Shown here: positions 9,305 through 18,172 of the stretch, one piece after another
How the letters are laid out: each line of letters begins with the position of its first letter
Numbering within the stretch: position 1 is the first letter of the stretch
Assembly: GCA_035273325.1 (NCBI GenBank)
Contig: DATEPF010000236.1
Location: 254-64,253 of the forward strand
DNA: 64,000 nucleotides
Direction: 5' to 3'
DNA from: Pyrinomonadaceae bacterium
GTDB taxonomy: Bacteria > Acidobacteriota > Blastocatellia > Pyrinomonadales > Pyrinomonadaceae
Position numbers and translations under genes: made by a program
Notes under the pieces: generated by a model
The model's input: only the letters and a program-made list of their open reading frames with translations
Told to the model about the DNA's origin: nothing
Database searches by the model: none

Positions 9305-10156
9305 CTAAGCAGATTGTAAGGAAATAAAGTGGCGCAAGGCCGCTCGCCAATCAGGTAAGGGCGCCAGCCCAATTGCCTCCGATAACAGGCATTTTAGTCG
9401 CGAGTTCCGCGGCCGGGCGGCCGGCCTGTTCAACTCGGCCAGCGTGGTGGATTTCAACCGGGCAGGATCGACTCCGCCAATCTCCAATGCGGTGCGAGCG
9501 AAGGTTTCAAAGCTGACGCCGTCTCCCGCGTTCACGACGTGATAGATCCCCGGCAAGTCGAGCTTGGCGAGTTCGCGAAGCCGCGCGGCGAGGTCGGTTG
9601 CGTAAGTCGGCGTGCCGGTCATGTCTGAAATAGCTTTCAAATGCTCTCCACGATGAGCATTATCTAGGACCGTGCTGAGAAAGTTTGTCCCACCGCTGCC
9701 GAAAATGTATCCGCTGCGAATGACAATCGTGCGTGCGTAAGCATTTTGAGCGCGACGTTCGCCTTCAAATTTGAAACGGCCATACATGCTGATCGGATTT
9801 GGGTGATCGCGTTGCGTATAGAAGCCCTCCTTAGTGCCATCGAAAACGTAATCAGTTGAAATCGTGATCAGCAGAGCATCGATATCGCGACAGGTCGAAG
9901 CGAGCAGTTGAGGACCGAGCGCGTTGGCGCGCTCTGCACGATCGGGATCGGATTCGCATCCGTCAACGTCGGTCCACGCCGCGCAGTTGAAGACAACCTC
10001 GGGCTTGAGGCCGCCCAGCCGGCTCTTCACCGCCGCCGCGTCGGTGATGTCAAGCGCGCTATGATCGAATGCGTGCACCTCATCGCCTTGTGCGGCGCAA
10101 TGTGTGTTGACCGCGCGGCCCAAAAGGCCTCCTGCGCCTGTAACGGCGACCTTCAA
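9305..10156 (-). CDS. rfbD: dTDP-4-dehydrorhamnose reductase
   Basis: 'MKVAVTGAGGLLGRAV' and 'ISTDYVFDGTKEGFYTQRD'. There is a 4-nt start/stop overlap with the upstream rfbB. Confidence 0.85.
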   Translation of the reverse strand: MKVAVTGAGGLLGRAVNTHCAAQGDEVHAFDHSALDITDAAAVKSRLGGLKPEVVFNCAAWTDVDGCESDPDRAERANALGPQLLASTCRDIDALLITISTDYVFDGTKEGFYTQRDHPNPISMYGRFKFEGERRAQNAYARTIVIRSGYIFGSGGTNFLSTVLDNAHRGEHLKAISDMTGTPTYATDLAARLRELAKLDLPGIYHVVNAGDGVSFETFARTALEIGGVDPARLKSTTLAELNRPAARPRNSRLKCLLSEAIGLAPLPDWRAALRHFISLQSA

Positions 10157-11178
10157 CTTGCCGTTGCCTCCCTTCCATACTGCCGCGCGTAATACTCGCG
10201 GTAGGCCCCGCTTCGCACGCGTTCAATCCACGCGGTGTTGTCGCGATACCACTCGATCGTTTTGCGCAGGCCGCTCTCCCACGTCTCGCGCGGGCGCCAA
10301 CCAAGCTCGCTTTCAATCAGGGAAGGATCGATGGCGTAACGGCGATCGTGGCCCGGGCGATCCTTTACAAACTGAATGAGCGAACGCGGTTTGCTGAGCG
10401 CGTCCAAAACGCTGTGCACCACATCGATGTTGCGTTGTTCATTGCGCGCGCCAATGTTGTAAGTTCCGCCGGAACGACCACGCTGCAGCAGCAGCAGGAT
10501 CGCGCGGCAGTGATCGTCCACGTAAATCCAATCGCGTACGTTCAGTCCGTCACCGTAAACAGGAATTGGTTCATCGTGAAACGCGTTCGCGAGCATTAGC
10601 GGCAGGAACTTTTCCGGAAACTGCCGCGGGCCATAGTTGTTCCCGCAACGCGTGATTACTGTATCCAGACCAAATGTGTGATTGGCCGCACGCACCAGGT
10701 GTTCGGCCGACGCCTTCGAAGCCGCGTACGGACTGTTTGGCTCAAAAGGCGAAGCTTCAGTGAAATAGGCGCTCTCGTTTTCGGGCAAGCTGCCCATGAC
10801 TTCGTCAGTGGAAACCTGAATAAAGCGTCGGACGTCGCGTTCGCGGGCGGCATCGAGCAGCACCTGGGTTCCGAGCACGTTGGTCTGAATGAATTCGTGC
10901 GCTGAGTGAATGCTGCGATCAACGTGCGATTCCGCGGCGAAATTTACAATCGCTTCAACGCCATCTTTGAGAGCCGTGAGCACCGCGTCCCGATCGCAGA
11001 TGTCTCCCTTGATGAACTCGTGTCGGGCGTTGTCCACCCCGTCAAGGTTCTCAAGGTTCCCCGCGTAGGTCAGCGCGTCGAAGTCGATGACTTCACAGGA
11101 CGGCAGTTGGTCAAGAACAAGCCGCACGAATGCCGAGCCGATGAAGCCGGCGCCGCCAGTAACAAAAAGCTTCTTCAA
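10153..11178 (-). CDS. rfbB: dTDP-glucose 4,6-dehydratase (TTG start)
   Basis: 'KKLFVTGGAGFIGSAFVR', 'VSTDEVMGSL', 'YAASKASAEHLVRA', 'NNYGPRQFPEKFLP'. Confidence 0.9.
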   Translation of the reverse strand: MKKLFVTGGAGFIGSAFVRLVLDQLPSCEVIDFDALTYAGNLENLDGVDNARHEFIKGDICDRDAVLTALKDGVEAIVNFAAESHVDRSIHSAHEFIQTNVLGTQVLLDAARERDVRRFIQVSTDEVMGSLPENESAYFTEASPFEPNSPYAASKASAEHLVRAANHTFGLDTVITRCGNNYGPRQFPEKFLPLMLANAFHDEPIPVYGDGLNVRDWIYVDDHCRAILLLLQRGRSGGTYNIGARNEQRNIDVVHSVLDALSKPRSLIQFVKDRPGHDRRYAIDPSLIESELGWRPRETWESGLRKTIEWYRDNTAWIERVRSGAYREYYARQYGREATAS

Positions 11179-11424
11179 ACCGTTTTGAGTCGTGATTTGC
11201 GAACACCTCCCAGCAGCGTCGAAGGGCTGAAGTCGTGCGTGATAGTAACATTGACCGAAGTGCCAGCGCTTGCTGACCGCCAGCCAAAATGAGTTCTTTT
11301 TTCCGATTCGCGCTCCAATGCTGGGGTCTTTACGCGGTGTAATTGCTTTGCAATTTCTTCACCGGCACGTTAACTTGACCTGCCGTAAATTGATTTCCAG
11401 CCACCTGACTCGGCAAACCCAAAC

Positions 11425-11895
11425 ATGGCAGAAACTCTCGGAACACTCGCGGATAAACTGACGACGGTGCAACTCAAGCTTTGGCACACCGACGATCCTG
11501 AACGCACCCGCAGCCTGGAATTACAGCAGAAGCAACTTCAGGACGAGATCAATGAGTTCGTCACAGCCGCGCTCGCCGGTGAAATTACAATCGAAAAGCT
11601 CACCTTCGCCGCGAATAAGGTTTACAAGAAGGACGGCAACGCGGTTCCCGAGTTTCACGGAACGATCGGCGAGATGTTCGCGCAGCTGGCCGCGGTTGAT
11701 TGCCGTCTCTGGCACGTGCAAGAAAAAGTGTACGAATTCGAGCAGGTGCCGATGGACCAAAAGGATGAACTGATCAAACAGCTCGCAATTGTGAATCTTG
11801 AGCGAAATCAGTGCATCGATCGGCTCGACGAGGAATTCCGTAAATTTATCGAGACTTTCGCATCAATGAACGGGAAACCTAGCAGCAATACATGA
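11425..11895 (+). CDS. Small cytoplasmic protein of unknown function, DUF4254-like, with an internal duplication
   Basis: There are two 'LWH' units: 'LADKLTTVQLKLWHTDD' and 'FAQLAAVDCRLWHVQEK'. 'VNLERNQCIDRLDEEF' resembles the LWHxED / N..RN..IE.iD pattern I recall for DUF4254. No signal peptide or TM segment. Confidence 0.45.
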   Translation: MAETLGTLADKLTTVQLKLWHTDDPERTRSLELQQKQLQDEINEFVTAALAGEITIEKLTFAANKVYKKDGNAVPEFHGTIGEMFAQLAAVDCRLWHVQEKVYEFEQVPMDQKDELIKQLAIVNLERNQCIDRLDEEFRKFIETFASMNGKPSSNT

Positions 11896-12066
11896 GGTAG
11901 CTCCGCCAGTTGATAAAATTGCTAGCCACCGCTTCTCAAATCTTTTAACGGTTAGGAAAAAGTTAAATTAACGGCTTCCGCAAACGAGCTTATCAAGGCG
12001 CGTCTACTCACGGCGCATCAATACCATCGAATTGCGGCATCACCGCAACATTTTTGCAAAAAAGAC

Positions 12067-12095
12067 TTGACGGACTTTCTGATTCCTACTAGAGT
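12067..12095 (+). promoter_or_regulatory. Sigma70-like promoter TTGACG-N17-TAGAGT upstream of the HYR/DUF11 protein
   Basis: TTGACG at 12067-12072, a 17-nt spacer, TAGAGT at 12090-12095. It belongs to a four-member motif family (see findings). Confidence 0.45.
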
Positions 12096-12234
12096 ATCGC
12101 GCCTTAGTCCTGAGCATCGCTAGAGTCCCCGTCAGCTCTACCGGCCTAGATGACAAGAGAACGAATTTTCTCAGACGCAGCATTTCGTTTTGAAACATCA
12201 TTTTCGTAATCGAACCCGAGGAGATATAGACGTC

Positions 12235-15027
12235 ATGAAGACATCTCGCCGCCGATCTACCAGCCGTTTCAACTATGTAATCTTATTTGGGATCTTTCTT
12301 ATTGCTGTCGTAGGCATGGCGCTACCAGCGGTGCATTCGAGCTCGCCCGCAGCACCTTCTGCCGGCAACAAAGCGAGCCCTCGAGTTCCCGGTTATGTTA
12401 ATTGGCTGTCAGCAATGGCTCCTGCTGCTCTGGCGGGCGAGACCATTGAGATCTTCGCGGCGGACTGTACGACACCGAAGACCGCATTTGCTGCGGGAGA
12501 GACGATTTGCGCGAAAACTGATGGAGTCGATCTCACCACCGTACCGAATAATTACTATGTGAATTGGCACCACCCCGATAACAGCACGACCAACGGCGGC
12601 ACCATAACGACGAATCCCCAATACAGTCTTTTCTCGATTCCCACGAGCGGCAGCTACCTTGGAACATGGAAAGCAAACATAGGAAGAGTGACGCCTGCTG
12701 AGAGTTCAATAATCGGCAACCCGCCCACTTTCACCGTGAGTGCGGAGCAGACGATAGCGACTTTCGCCCACGATGGGCTAGCGTGCACTAATACCCCCAA
12801 GACAAATTTTGTCGTCGGCGAGACCGTGTGCGCGCGAAGCGTGGGAATCGATCCACAGTTCAATCGGCAGTTTGCCTGGGTGGACGCGGAAAGCGTAACA
12901 AGAGAGTTCACGCCGATCACCACGGACCCAGCGACGGATGACTACGCCCTGCTCCTGACCGAAACCTCTATCGGCACTTGGAAGGCGAATGTCGTTTCGA
13001 GCAGAGGCACGATTGTGGTAGGAACACGCTTCACCGTGTCAGCGCTAACGCCAAGTGTCGATCTGTCGATCGGCAAGGGGCTGAGCAGCGGCGACATCAA
13101 AGCCGGGGAGCCCACGACCTTCACGATTTCAGTTTTCAGTCGCGGCCCCAACGACGCTCAGAACGTAGTAATTACCGATCCAACTCCGGCCAACGCGACA
13201 TTTGTTTCGGCAACCCAAACCGTGGGGTCAGGTTTCTCTTGCACCGGCACTACGACCGTAACGTGCACCGCCACGGCCATGAAAGCCGGAGACCGTGCGG
13301 TGTTTGAGCTCGTTTACACCGCGGGCACGGCGGGCCAAACCATAACCAATACCGCGACGGTCCAAAGCGACACTGCAGAAGCGGTGTCCGGCAAAGATTC
13401 GGACGGCGACACCATCGATGATGCAAGCGAAGATAACACCGCGACCGCCGGCCCATATACGATTGGGCAGAGCGGCGGCGGCGGCGGCGATTGCGACCTC
13501 ACCTGTCCCACGAACGTTACTGCGACCGCCAATACCACTGAGGGCGGAGAGCGAGGGGCGCACGTTAATTATGCTCCCGCCCAAAGCACTGGCACCTGTG
13601 GGCCGATTACCTATTCGCACGAGTCAGGCGCGTTCTTCCCAGTCGGTGATACGGCGGTAACCGCCACTTCTGGCGAGGCAAGCTGCGCCTTCACCGTAAG
13701 AGTTGAGGAGCCAGGTAACGCCACAATCAGTTGTCCGGCGAATCAGACGGCTGATGCCGACAGTAGCTGCGAAGCGCCAGTGAATGTTGGAACGCCAACC
13801 GCCACCGGCGACAATGTAACGTTCTTTGCCACACGTAGCGATGGCAAGCCGATGTACACGTGTGACGCGAACGGTAATTGTACGCGCAACGCTTCTGATG
13901 ACCCGTTCCCGGCTGGTACCACAGTGATTACCTGGTTCGCGTATTCGCACGACGCACCGGGTCCGTATACGACGCCGGGCAACGCTAATCCAGACGCCGA
14001 GGCTGAGACCTTCGAAGAGCAACACCGGACCGGCAGTGCCAGCTGCACGCAGACGGTCACAGTAAGAGACGTGACGCCCCCAGTCATCGGAGCGGAAAGT
14101 TCAACCGTTTCCGCTGACGAGAACTGCTCAGCCGTAATTCCGGACTACAGCAGCCTGGTCACGGACAATTGCGCTTGTGCGAGTTCTGACACGTCCGAAA
14201 GATGCGAGGACAACCCGCATATCATCTACACTCAAACGCCGGCTGCCGGCACGGTGGTTGGACCTGGAGCACACACCGTCCACATCGAGGCAAGCGACGG
14301 CTCGGAATTCAACAATGGCGCCACCAAGGATGTGGTCTTCACGGTTGAGGACACGACCGCTCCTGTGATTGATTGCCCTGACAACATCGAGACGACCACC
14401 GATCCAGGTGTGTGTTCCGCCGTTGTCGATCCGGGAACAGCGACGGCCACTGACAACTGCGATACCAGCGTAGCCATAACCGGAACTCGCAGTGACAATC
14501 AGGCTCTCAATGCTCCTTATCCGAAGGGAACGACCACGATTACGTGGAGGGCCACTGACGACGAGGGCAATTATTCCGAGTGCACGCAGACGGTGACGGT
14601 GGCAGACGACGAGGCGCCAGTCATTACCTTCAATGGCGTGACGCCTTCAATGTGGCCGCCTAATCACGACTATCGCAACTTCACTACGGCCAACTTCATT
14701 TCGAGCGTGAGTGATAACTGTGACTCGCTCAGCGTCAACGATGTGAAGATCACCAAGGTGACGAGTGATGAGGCCGAGGAAAGTCTCACGTTCGGTGATG
14801 GCCTTACTTTTAACGACATGGTGATCGCTGCTGATTGCAAGTCCGTTCAGTTGCGTGCCGAGCGCGTTAACAGCGGCAACGGGCGCGTCTACACAATTCA
14901 CTTCAAGGTTGTAGATTCGTCAGGCAACGTTACCACCGGCACGGCCAAGGTCCACTCACCCAAGAACCAGAATAATGGGACTGTGGATGACGGGCCGGTC
15001 TACACAGTGACCAGCAGTTGTCCGTAA
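12235..15027 (+). CDS. Giant secreted/anchored surface protein: signal anchor, 2 N-terminal 'GTWKAN' repeats, DUF11 domain, multiple HYR domains
   Basis: ATG 12235 follows GAGGAG at about 12218; the ORF-track TTG at 12190 is less likely. 'FNYVILFGIFLIAVVGMALPAV' is a TM/signal segment. DUF11-like: 'DLSIGKGLSSGDIKAGEPTTFTISV..GPNDAQNVVITDP'. HYR-like: 'DCPDNIETTTDPGVCSAVVDPGTATATDNCD..GTTTITWRATDDEGNYSECTQTVTVAD'. Confidence 0.8.
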   Translation: MKTSRRRSTSRFNYVILFGIFLIAVVGMALPAVHSSSPAAPSAGNKASPRVPGYVNWLSAMAPAALAGETIEIFAADCTTPKTAFAAGETICAKTDGVDLTTVPNNYYVNWHHPDNSTTNGGTITTNPQYSLFSIPTSGSYLGTWKANIGRVTPAESSIIGNPPTFTVSAEQTIATFAHDGLACTNTPKTNFVVGETVCARSVGIDPQFNRQFAWVDAESVTREFTPITTDPATDDYALLLTETSIGTWKANVVSSRGTIVVGTRFTVSALTPSVDLSIGKGLSSGDIKAGEPTTFTISVFSRGPNDAQNVVITDPTPANATFVSATQTVGSGFSCTGTTTVTCTATAMKAGDRAVFELVYTAGTAGQTITNTATVQSDTAEAVSGKDSDGDTIDDASEDNTATAGPYTIGQSGGGGGDCDLTCPTNVTATANTTEGGERGAHVNYAPAQSTGTCGPITYSHESGAFFPVGDTAVTATSGEASCAFTVRVEEPGNATISCPANQTADADSSCEAPVNVGTPTATGDNVTFFATRSDGKPMYTCDANGNCTRNASDDPFPAGTTVITWFAYSHDAPGPYTTPGNANPDAEAETFEEQHRTGSASCTQTVTVRDVTPPVIGAESSTVSADENCSAVIPDYSSLVTDNCACASSDTSERCEDNPHIIYTQTPAAGTVVGPGAHTVHIEASDGSEFNNGATKDVVFTVEDTTAPVIDCPDNIETTTDPGVCSAVVDPGTATATDNCDTSVAITGTRSDNQALNAPYPKGTTTITWRATDDEGNYSECTQTVTVADDEAPVITFNGVTPSMWPPNHDYRNFTTANFISSVSDNCDSLSVNDVKITKVTSDEAEESLTFGDGLTFNDMVIAADCKSVQLRAERVNSGNGRVYTIHFKVVDSSGNVTTGTAKVHSPKNQNNGTVDDGPVYTVTSSCP

Positions 15028-15099
15028 GTGGTCGCGACATTACCAGGCGGGCGTAACGCGCGCCCGCCTGCTTTAACCATCGTCTTAGAGGGAGGCAAT

Positions 15100-15477
15100 A
15101 TGAAAAACTCACGCAGCAAACGCAATTTTTATCGCTTGGCAATTCTTTCGCTGTCTCTATTCGCTTTGGCCGCGATCTCGAGTGCCAGGACGCCAATGGC
15201 AACCTCAGTTAACATTGTGAATAACTCAAGCAAGGAAATTCGCAGTGTGTACCTTTCCCACGTTAATGTTGACGATTGGTCTGGTAACCAACTGAGCAGC
15301 GGCGCAATTATCGCGCCGGGACAGTCATACAGTCTGAGCAACATCGCGTGTGATCAGCAACAGGTAAAGGTTATTGGCGAGGATCAGGACGGGTGCTTTG
15401 TGTCGACAATAGTTAACTGCGGCGACAATGCCACCTGGACCGTGACTAACGCGGCGGCACGTGACTGTGGAGATTAG
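15100..15477 (+). CDS. Small secreted Cys-containing protein, unknown function
   Basis: ATG 15100 is preceded by GAGGGAGG. Signal peptide 'LAILSLSLFALAAISSARTP'. The mature part has 4 Cys. No family recognised. Confidence 0.6.
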   Translation: MKNSRSKRNFYRLAILSLSLFALAAISSARTPMATSVNIVNNSSKEIRSVYLSHVNVDDWSGNQLSSGAIIAPGQSYSLSNIACDQQQVKVIGEDQDGCFVSTIVNCGDNATWTVTNAAARDCGD

Positions 15478-15640
15478 GTTTTTGCAAACTTTTCGATTTA
15501 CAAGCATTCAATCAAGAGGCTTGATGAAATCATTTCTCGGCAACAACTTGGGAAACCTCGGCGCAGCGGTGACCGGAACTGATCCGCGTTCTACTGGCGG
15601 CCATCCCCAACTTTCAACTTGAAACAAAAGGAGACTCCAA

Positions 15641-16600
15641 ATGAACAAGTTTCGGTTCACAATTAAGCTTTTCGTAATCGCGACCTTCCTGCTCGCGTTT
15701 GCTTCTATTGCTCAGGCGCAGGCAACCCGCACCTGGGTATCGGGCGTCGGCGACGACGTCAACCCCTGCAGCCGCACCGCGCCCTGCAAAACCTACGCTG
15801 GTGCTATCTCTAAGACCGCTACCAACGGCGAAATCAGCACGCTCGATCCAGGTGGTTTCGGCGCGGTGACGATTACAAAGGGAATGACGATCGATGGCAC
15901 TACCGGTCAGGGCTTCGGATCCATTCTCGCTTCTGGTACTACTGGCGTGATTGTTAACGACACGACAAATAACGGTGTCGTTACCCTGCGGAACCTGTCC
16001 ATAAACGGGGCAAGCACGACCGCAGGAAGCGGCATCAGGTTCCTCGCGGGCAAAGCGCTGATTGTCGAGAACTGTGACATTTTTGGGTTTACCGGCACAC
16101 CCACCACCTCCGTAGTCGGCGTGGGTATAAGCGTCAATCTCACGTCGGGTCCGAGGAACGTGTACATTAAAGACACGAACATCACCAATTGCACGGGTGG
16201 CGTTAGGGTCACGACGTCGACCAGTTTCGTCACCGTGTTTATGGACAATGTGAACATTGACGCCACGGGTAACCAGGTTGTCTCAACTATTGGCGTCGAA
16301 CTTGCGGCTGGAGGATTCGCCGTTATGCGCGATTCAGTCATCTCGCGTTTCCAGACGGGCATTAGCAACACCGGCGGCTCCAACTCCGGAGCCACCCTTA
16401 TTGGCACAACGCTCTTTAGCAACGTCACGGGGCTCAACGCAGGCGCGAGCACAGCGCGTTCTTCGATGTCTTCGTACCTCAGCAATACCACCGGCGTCTT
16501 GCTGTCCGGCGGGGCGTTTAATTCCGGTTGTGACAACTTCTTTAACGGCAACACAGCCGACATTAGCGGAGGAGCCATAACCAACAACTGCGTTAAGTAA
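15641..16600 (+). CDS. Secreted right-handed parallel beta-helix repeat protein
   Basis: RBS AAGGAG lies 7 nt upstream. Signal peptide 'FVIATFLLAFASIAQAQA'. It has the conserved head 'TRTWVSGVGDDVNPCSRTAPCKTYAGAISKT' and repetitive G/N/T-rich beta-helix turns. Confidence 0.7.
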   Translation: MNKFRFTIKLFVIATFLLAFASIAQAQATRTWVSGVGDDVNPCSRTAPCKTYAGAISKTATNGEISTLDPGGFGAVTITKGMTIDGTTGQGFGSILASGTTGVIVNDTTNNGVVTLRNLSINGASTTAGSGIRFLAGKALIVENCDIFGFTGTPTTSVVGVGISVNLTSGPRNVYIKDTNITNCTGGVRVTTSTSFVTVFMDNVNIDATGNQVVSTIGVELAAGGFAVMRDSVISRFQTGISNTGGSNSGATLIGTTLFSNVTGLNAGASTARSSMSSYLSNTTGVLLSGGAFNSGCDNFFNGNTADISGGAITNNCVK

Positions 16601-16655
16601 CTCGTCGGCCACTCTGAGTAGGCTTGCGACAATCCGCCGTAGCGCGGTTAACCTG

Positions 16656-16716
16656 TATCGCCCGCGGGCGCGTCAGTCTCTTTCCTTGATGACTGACGCA
16701 CCGCGGGCGATTTTTA
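16656..16716 (+). terminator. Rho-independent terminator after the beta-helix gene
   Basis: Left arm 'atcgcccgcgggcgcgtcagtc' (16656-16677) pairs with 'gactgacgcaccgcgggcgat' (16690-16710) with one bulge, followed by 'ttttatc'. Confidence 0.75.
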
Positions 16717-16815
16717 TCTTCAAGTAGGATTTCCCCACCTGAACCACCAGCGCGCAGACGCCAGTCTTAAGCAAATCAGGCTGCCGCAGCTTTGCGGTAT
16801 TTCAACGTAGAGTTG

Positions 16816-17820
16816 TCAGACTATTTCTCTTGTCTCGGTCGGCTGGGCCGTCAGCAAATCGGCGCTAATCACCTGGGCATATTTCTTATAAAGAACAGGA
16901 ACACCGCGAACCGTCGGGTAGTACAGCGAGGACTTCACGGAATAATGTCCACCTGGAAAGGCCTGCAACTCGCCGCGCGATACAGGGCAAATCACCCGAG
17001 GATCGTTGCTGACACCCTCCTGGGTCTTTTCCAAAATGAATACGCCTGTATGGTTGTAGGGCGTGCCGTGGTTTCGGCAAACAAACGGTGGATGAAGCCG
17101 CACTCCCGGGAGATTGCGCACGAACGGGTAGATTCCCCGGACGTAATCCGACGCTCTCATTCGCAGTTTTTCGAGCAGCGACGCGCGCTGATAAAAGGGC
17201 TCGAACAGGACAACGTGCTTTCGGCTGACACGAATCATCTCGGTAATGGCATCTCTGAAAATGGTCGGCATCTGCTCCAGCGCGTGGTGGCTCACGACCA
17301 GGTCGAAGGAATTGTCCGGGAACGGAATGGCTGTGCCATCCGCCTGCACGACCGTGACCGGCATCTGTCGTGACTGAGCGAAACGTAGTCCGTGAAGAAG
17401 GCGATTTAACGTAATGTCGAGACCATAGAGATCGAGCGATGGCCCAAATTTATCGTAGACACTATGCATGAATGTCAGTTCACCGGCACCGACCTCCAAA
17501 ACGGATCGAAACTGTAGTTGCCCGAGAATGTCATTGCGCTCAGCGTAACAACGGCCGATCACCTCGCGCATAGAGAACTTGCGGACTTCGTCGTCAATGA
17601 TCGCGAATTTTTCGATATCGCGCGTGTGAACATAATCGATGGTACTTCCTGCGAACCAGGAATACTCGTTCTCGGATACGTCACGATCGCGTCGCTCACC
17701 GGTACCGCGCAAGTGGGCCAATCCATTGAGAATGATATTTGCCCGCATCTCAGCAAGGGTGCCAGGCGCAATCCTCATCAGCCGATACAGCCTTCCTCTA
17801 ATCCAATTCTTCGATCTCAT
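16816..17820 (-). CDS. Class I SAM-dependent methyltransferase with a C-terminal Trm112-like tail
   Basis: 'VLEVGAGELTF', 'LYGLDIT', 'FDLVVSHHALEQMP'. C-terminal 'VICPVSRGELQ..YYPTVRGVPVLY'. I prefer ATG 17820 because GAGGA lies about 10 nt upstream; the ORF-track TTG at 17850 is possible. Confidence 0.7.
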   Translation of the reverse strand: MRSKNWIRGRLYRLMRIAPGTLAEMRANIILNGLAHLRGTGERRDRDVSENEYSWFAGSTIDYVHTRDIEKFAIIDDEVRKFSMREVIGRCYAERNDILGQLQFRSVLEVGAGELTFMHSVYDKFGPSLDLYGLDITLNRLLHGLRFAQSRQMPVTVVQADGTAIPFPDNSFDLVVSHHALEQMPTIFRDAITEMIRVSRKHVVLFEPFYQRASLLEKLRMRASDYVRGIYPFVRNLPGVRLHPPFVCRNHGTPYNHTGVFILEKTQEGVSNDPRVICPVSRGELQAFPGGHYSVKSSLYYPTVRGVPVLYKKYAQVISADLLTAQPTETREIV

Positions 17821-18055
17821 CTTCTTTCCATCCTCTCTGGAGTTGCGCAATTCTGCTTGAAATGAGCACCAATGTAAAAAGCGGTCTTTTGCTAATTTGG
17901 ATTCTTATTCATGTCCATGTGAACTCCACCGCGCTGACCGTCGCGAGGCGGACTTGGCGTGAGACTAATCCCATCGAAGCCGGTGGTTTCACGGAAAGAC
18001 GCGAAGGCGTAAAGCATCGCGAAGGCAAATCAGGACTTTACTTGGTTGCGAGGGT

Positions 18056-18084
18056 TTGACCCCGCGACTTCGCGACACTAGACT
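18056..18084 (+). promoter_or_regulatory. Sigma70-like promoter TTGACC-N17-TAGACT upstream of wzm-1
   Basis: TTGACC at 18056-18061, a 17-nt spacer, TAGACT at 18079-18084. The ORF-track 'start' at 18056 is the TTG of this -35 box. Confidence 0.45.
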
Positions 18085-18172
18085 GACTTTTTATCAATAT
18101 CGCCTCGCCCCGCCGGTTACATCCCGGTCAATCGAGGCCACGCCAAATCTTTGCCAGCTTTCGCGATTCCGA

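Noticed and set aside
12190-12234. TTG start at 12190 for the HYR/DUF11 protein, and similarly 15028 for the small secreted protein, 20432 for rfbF and 37009 for the GT4 gene.
   Set aside because: In each case a downstream ATG gives a canonical N-terminus (signal peptide, or a conserved family start such as 'MKAVILAGG'). Most are preceded by a GA-rich RBS, and the upstream codons look non-coding.
17862-18059. A 65-aa ORF in the divergent intergenic region between the methyltransferase and wzm-1.
   Set aside because: It has no RBS, its composition is odd, and it ends inside the predicted wzm-1 promoter. This is most likely non-coding regulatory DNA.
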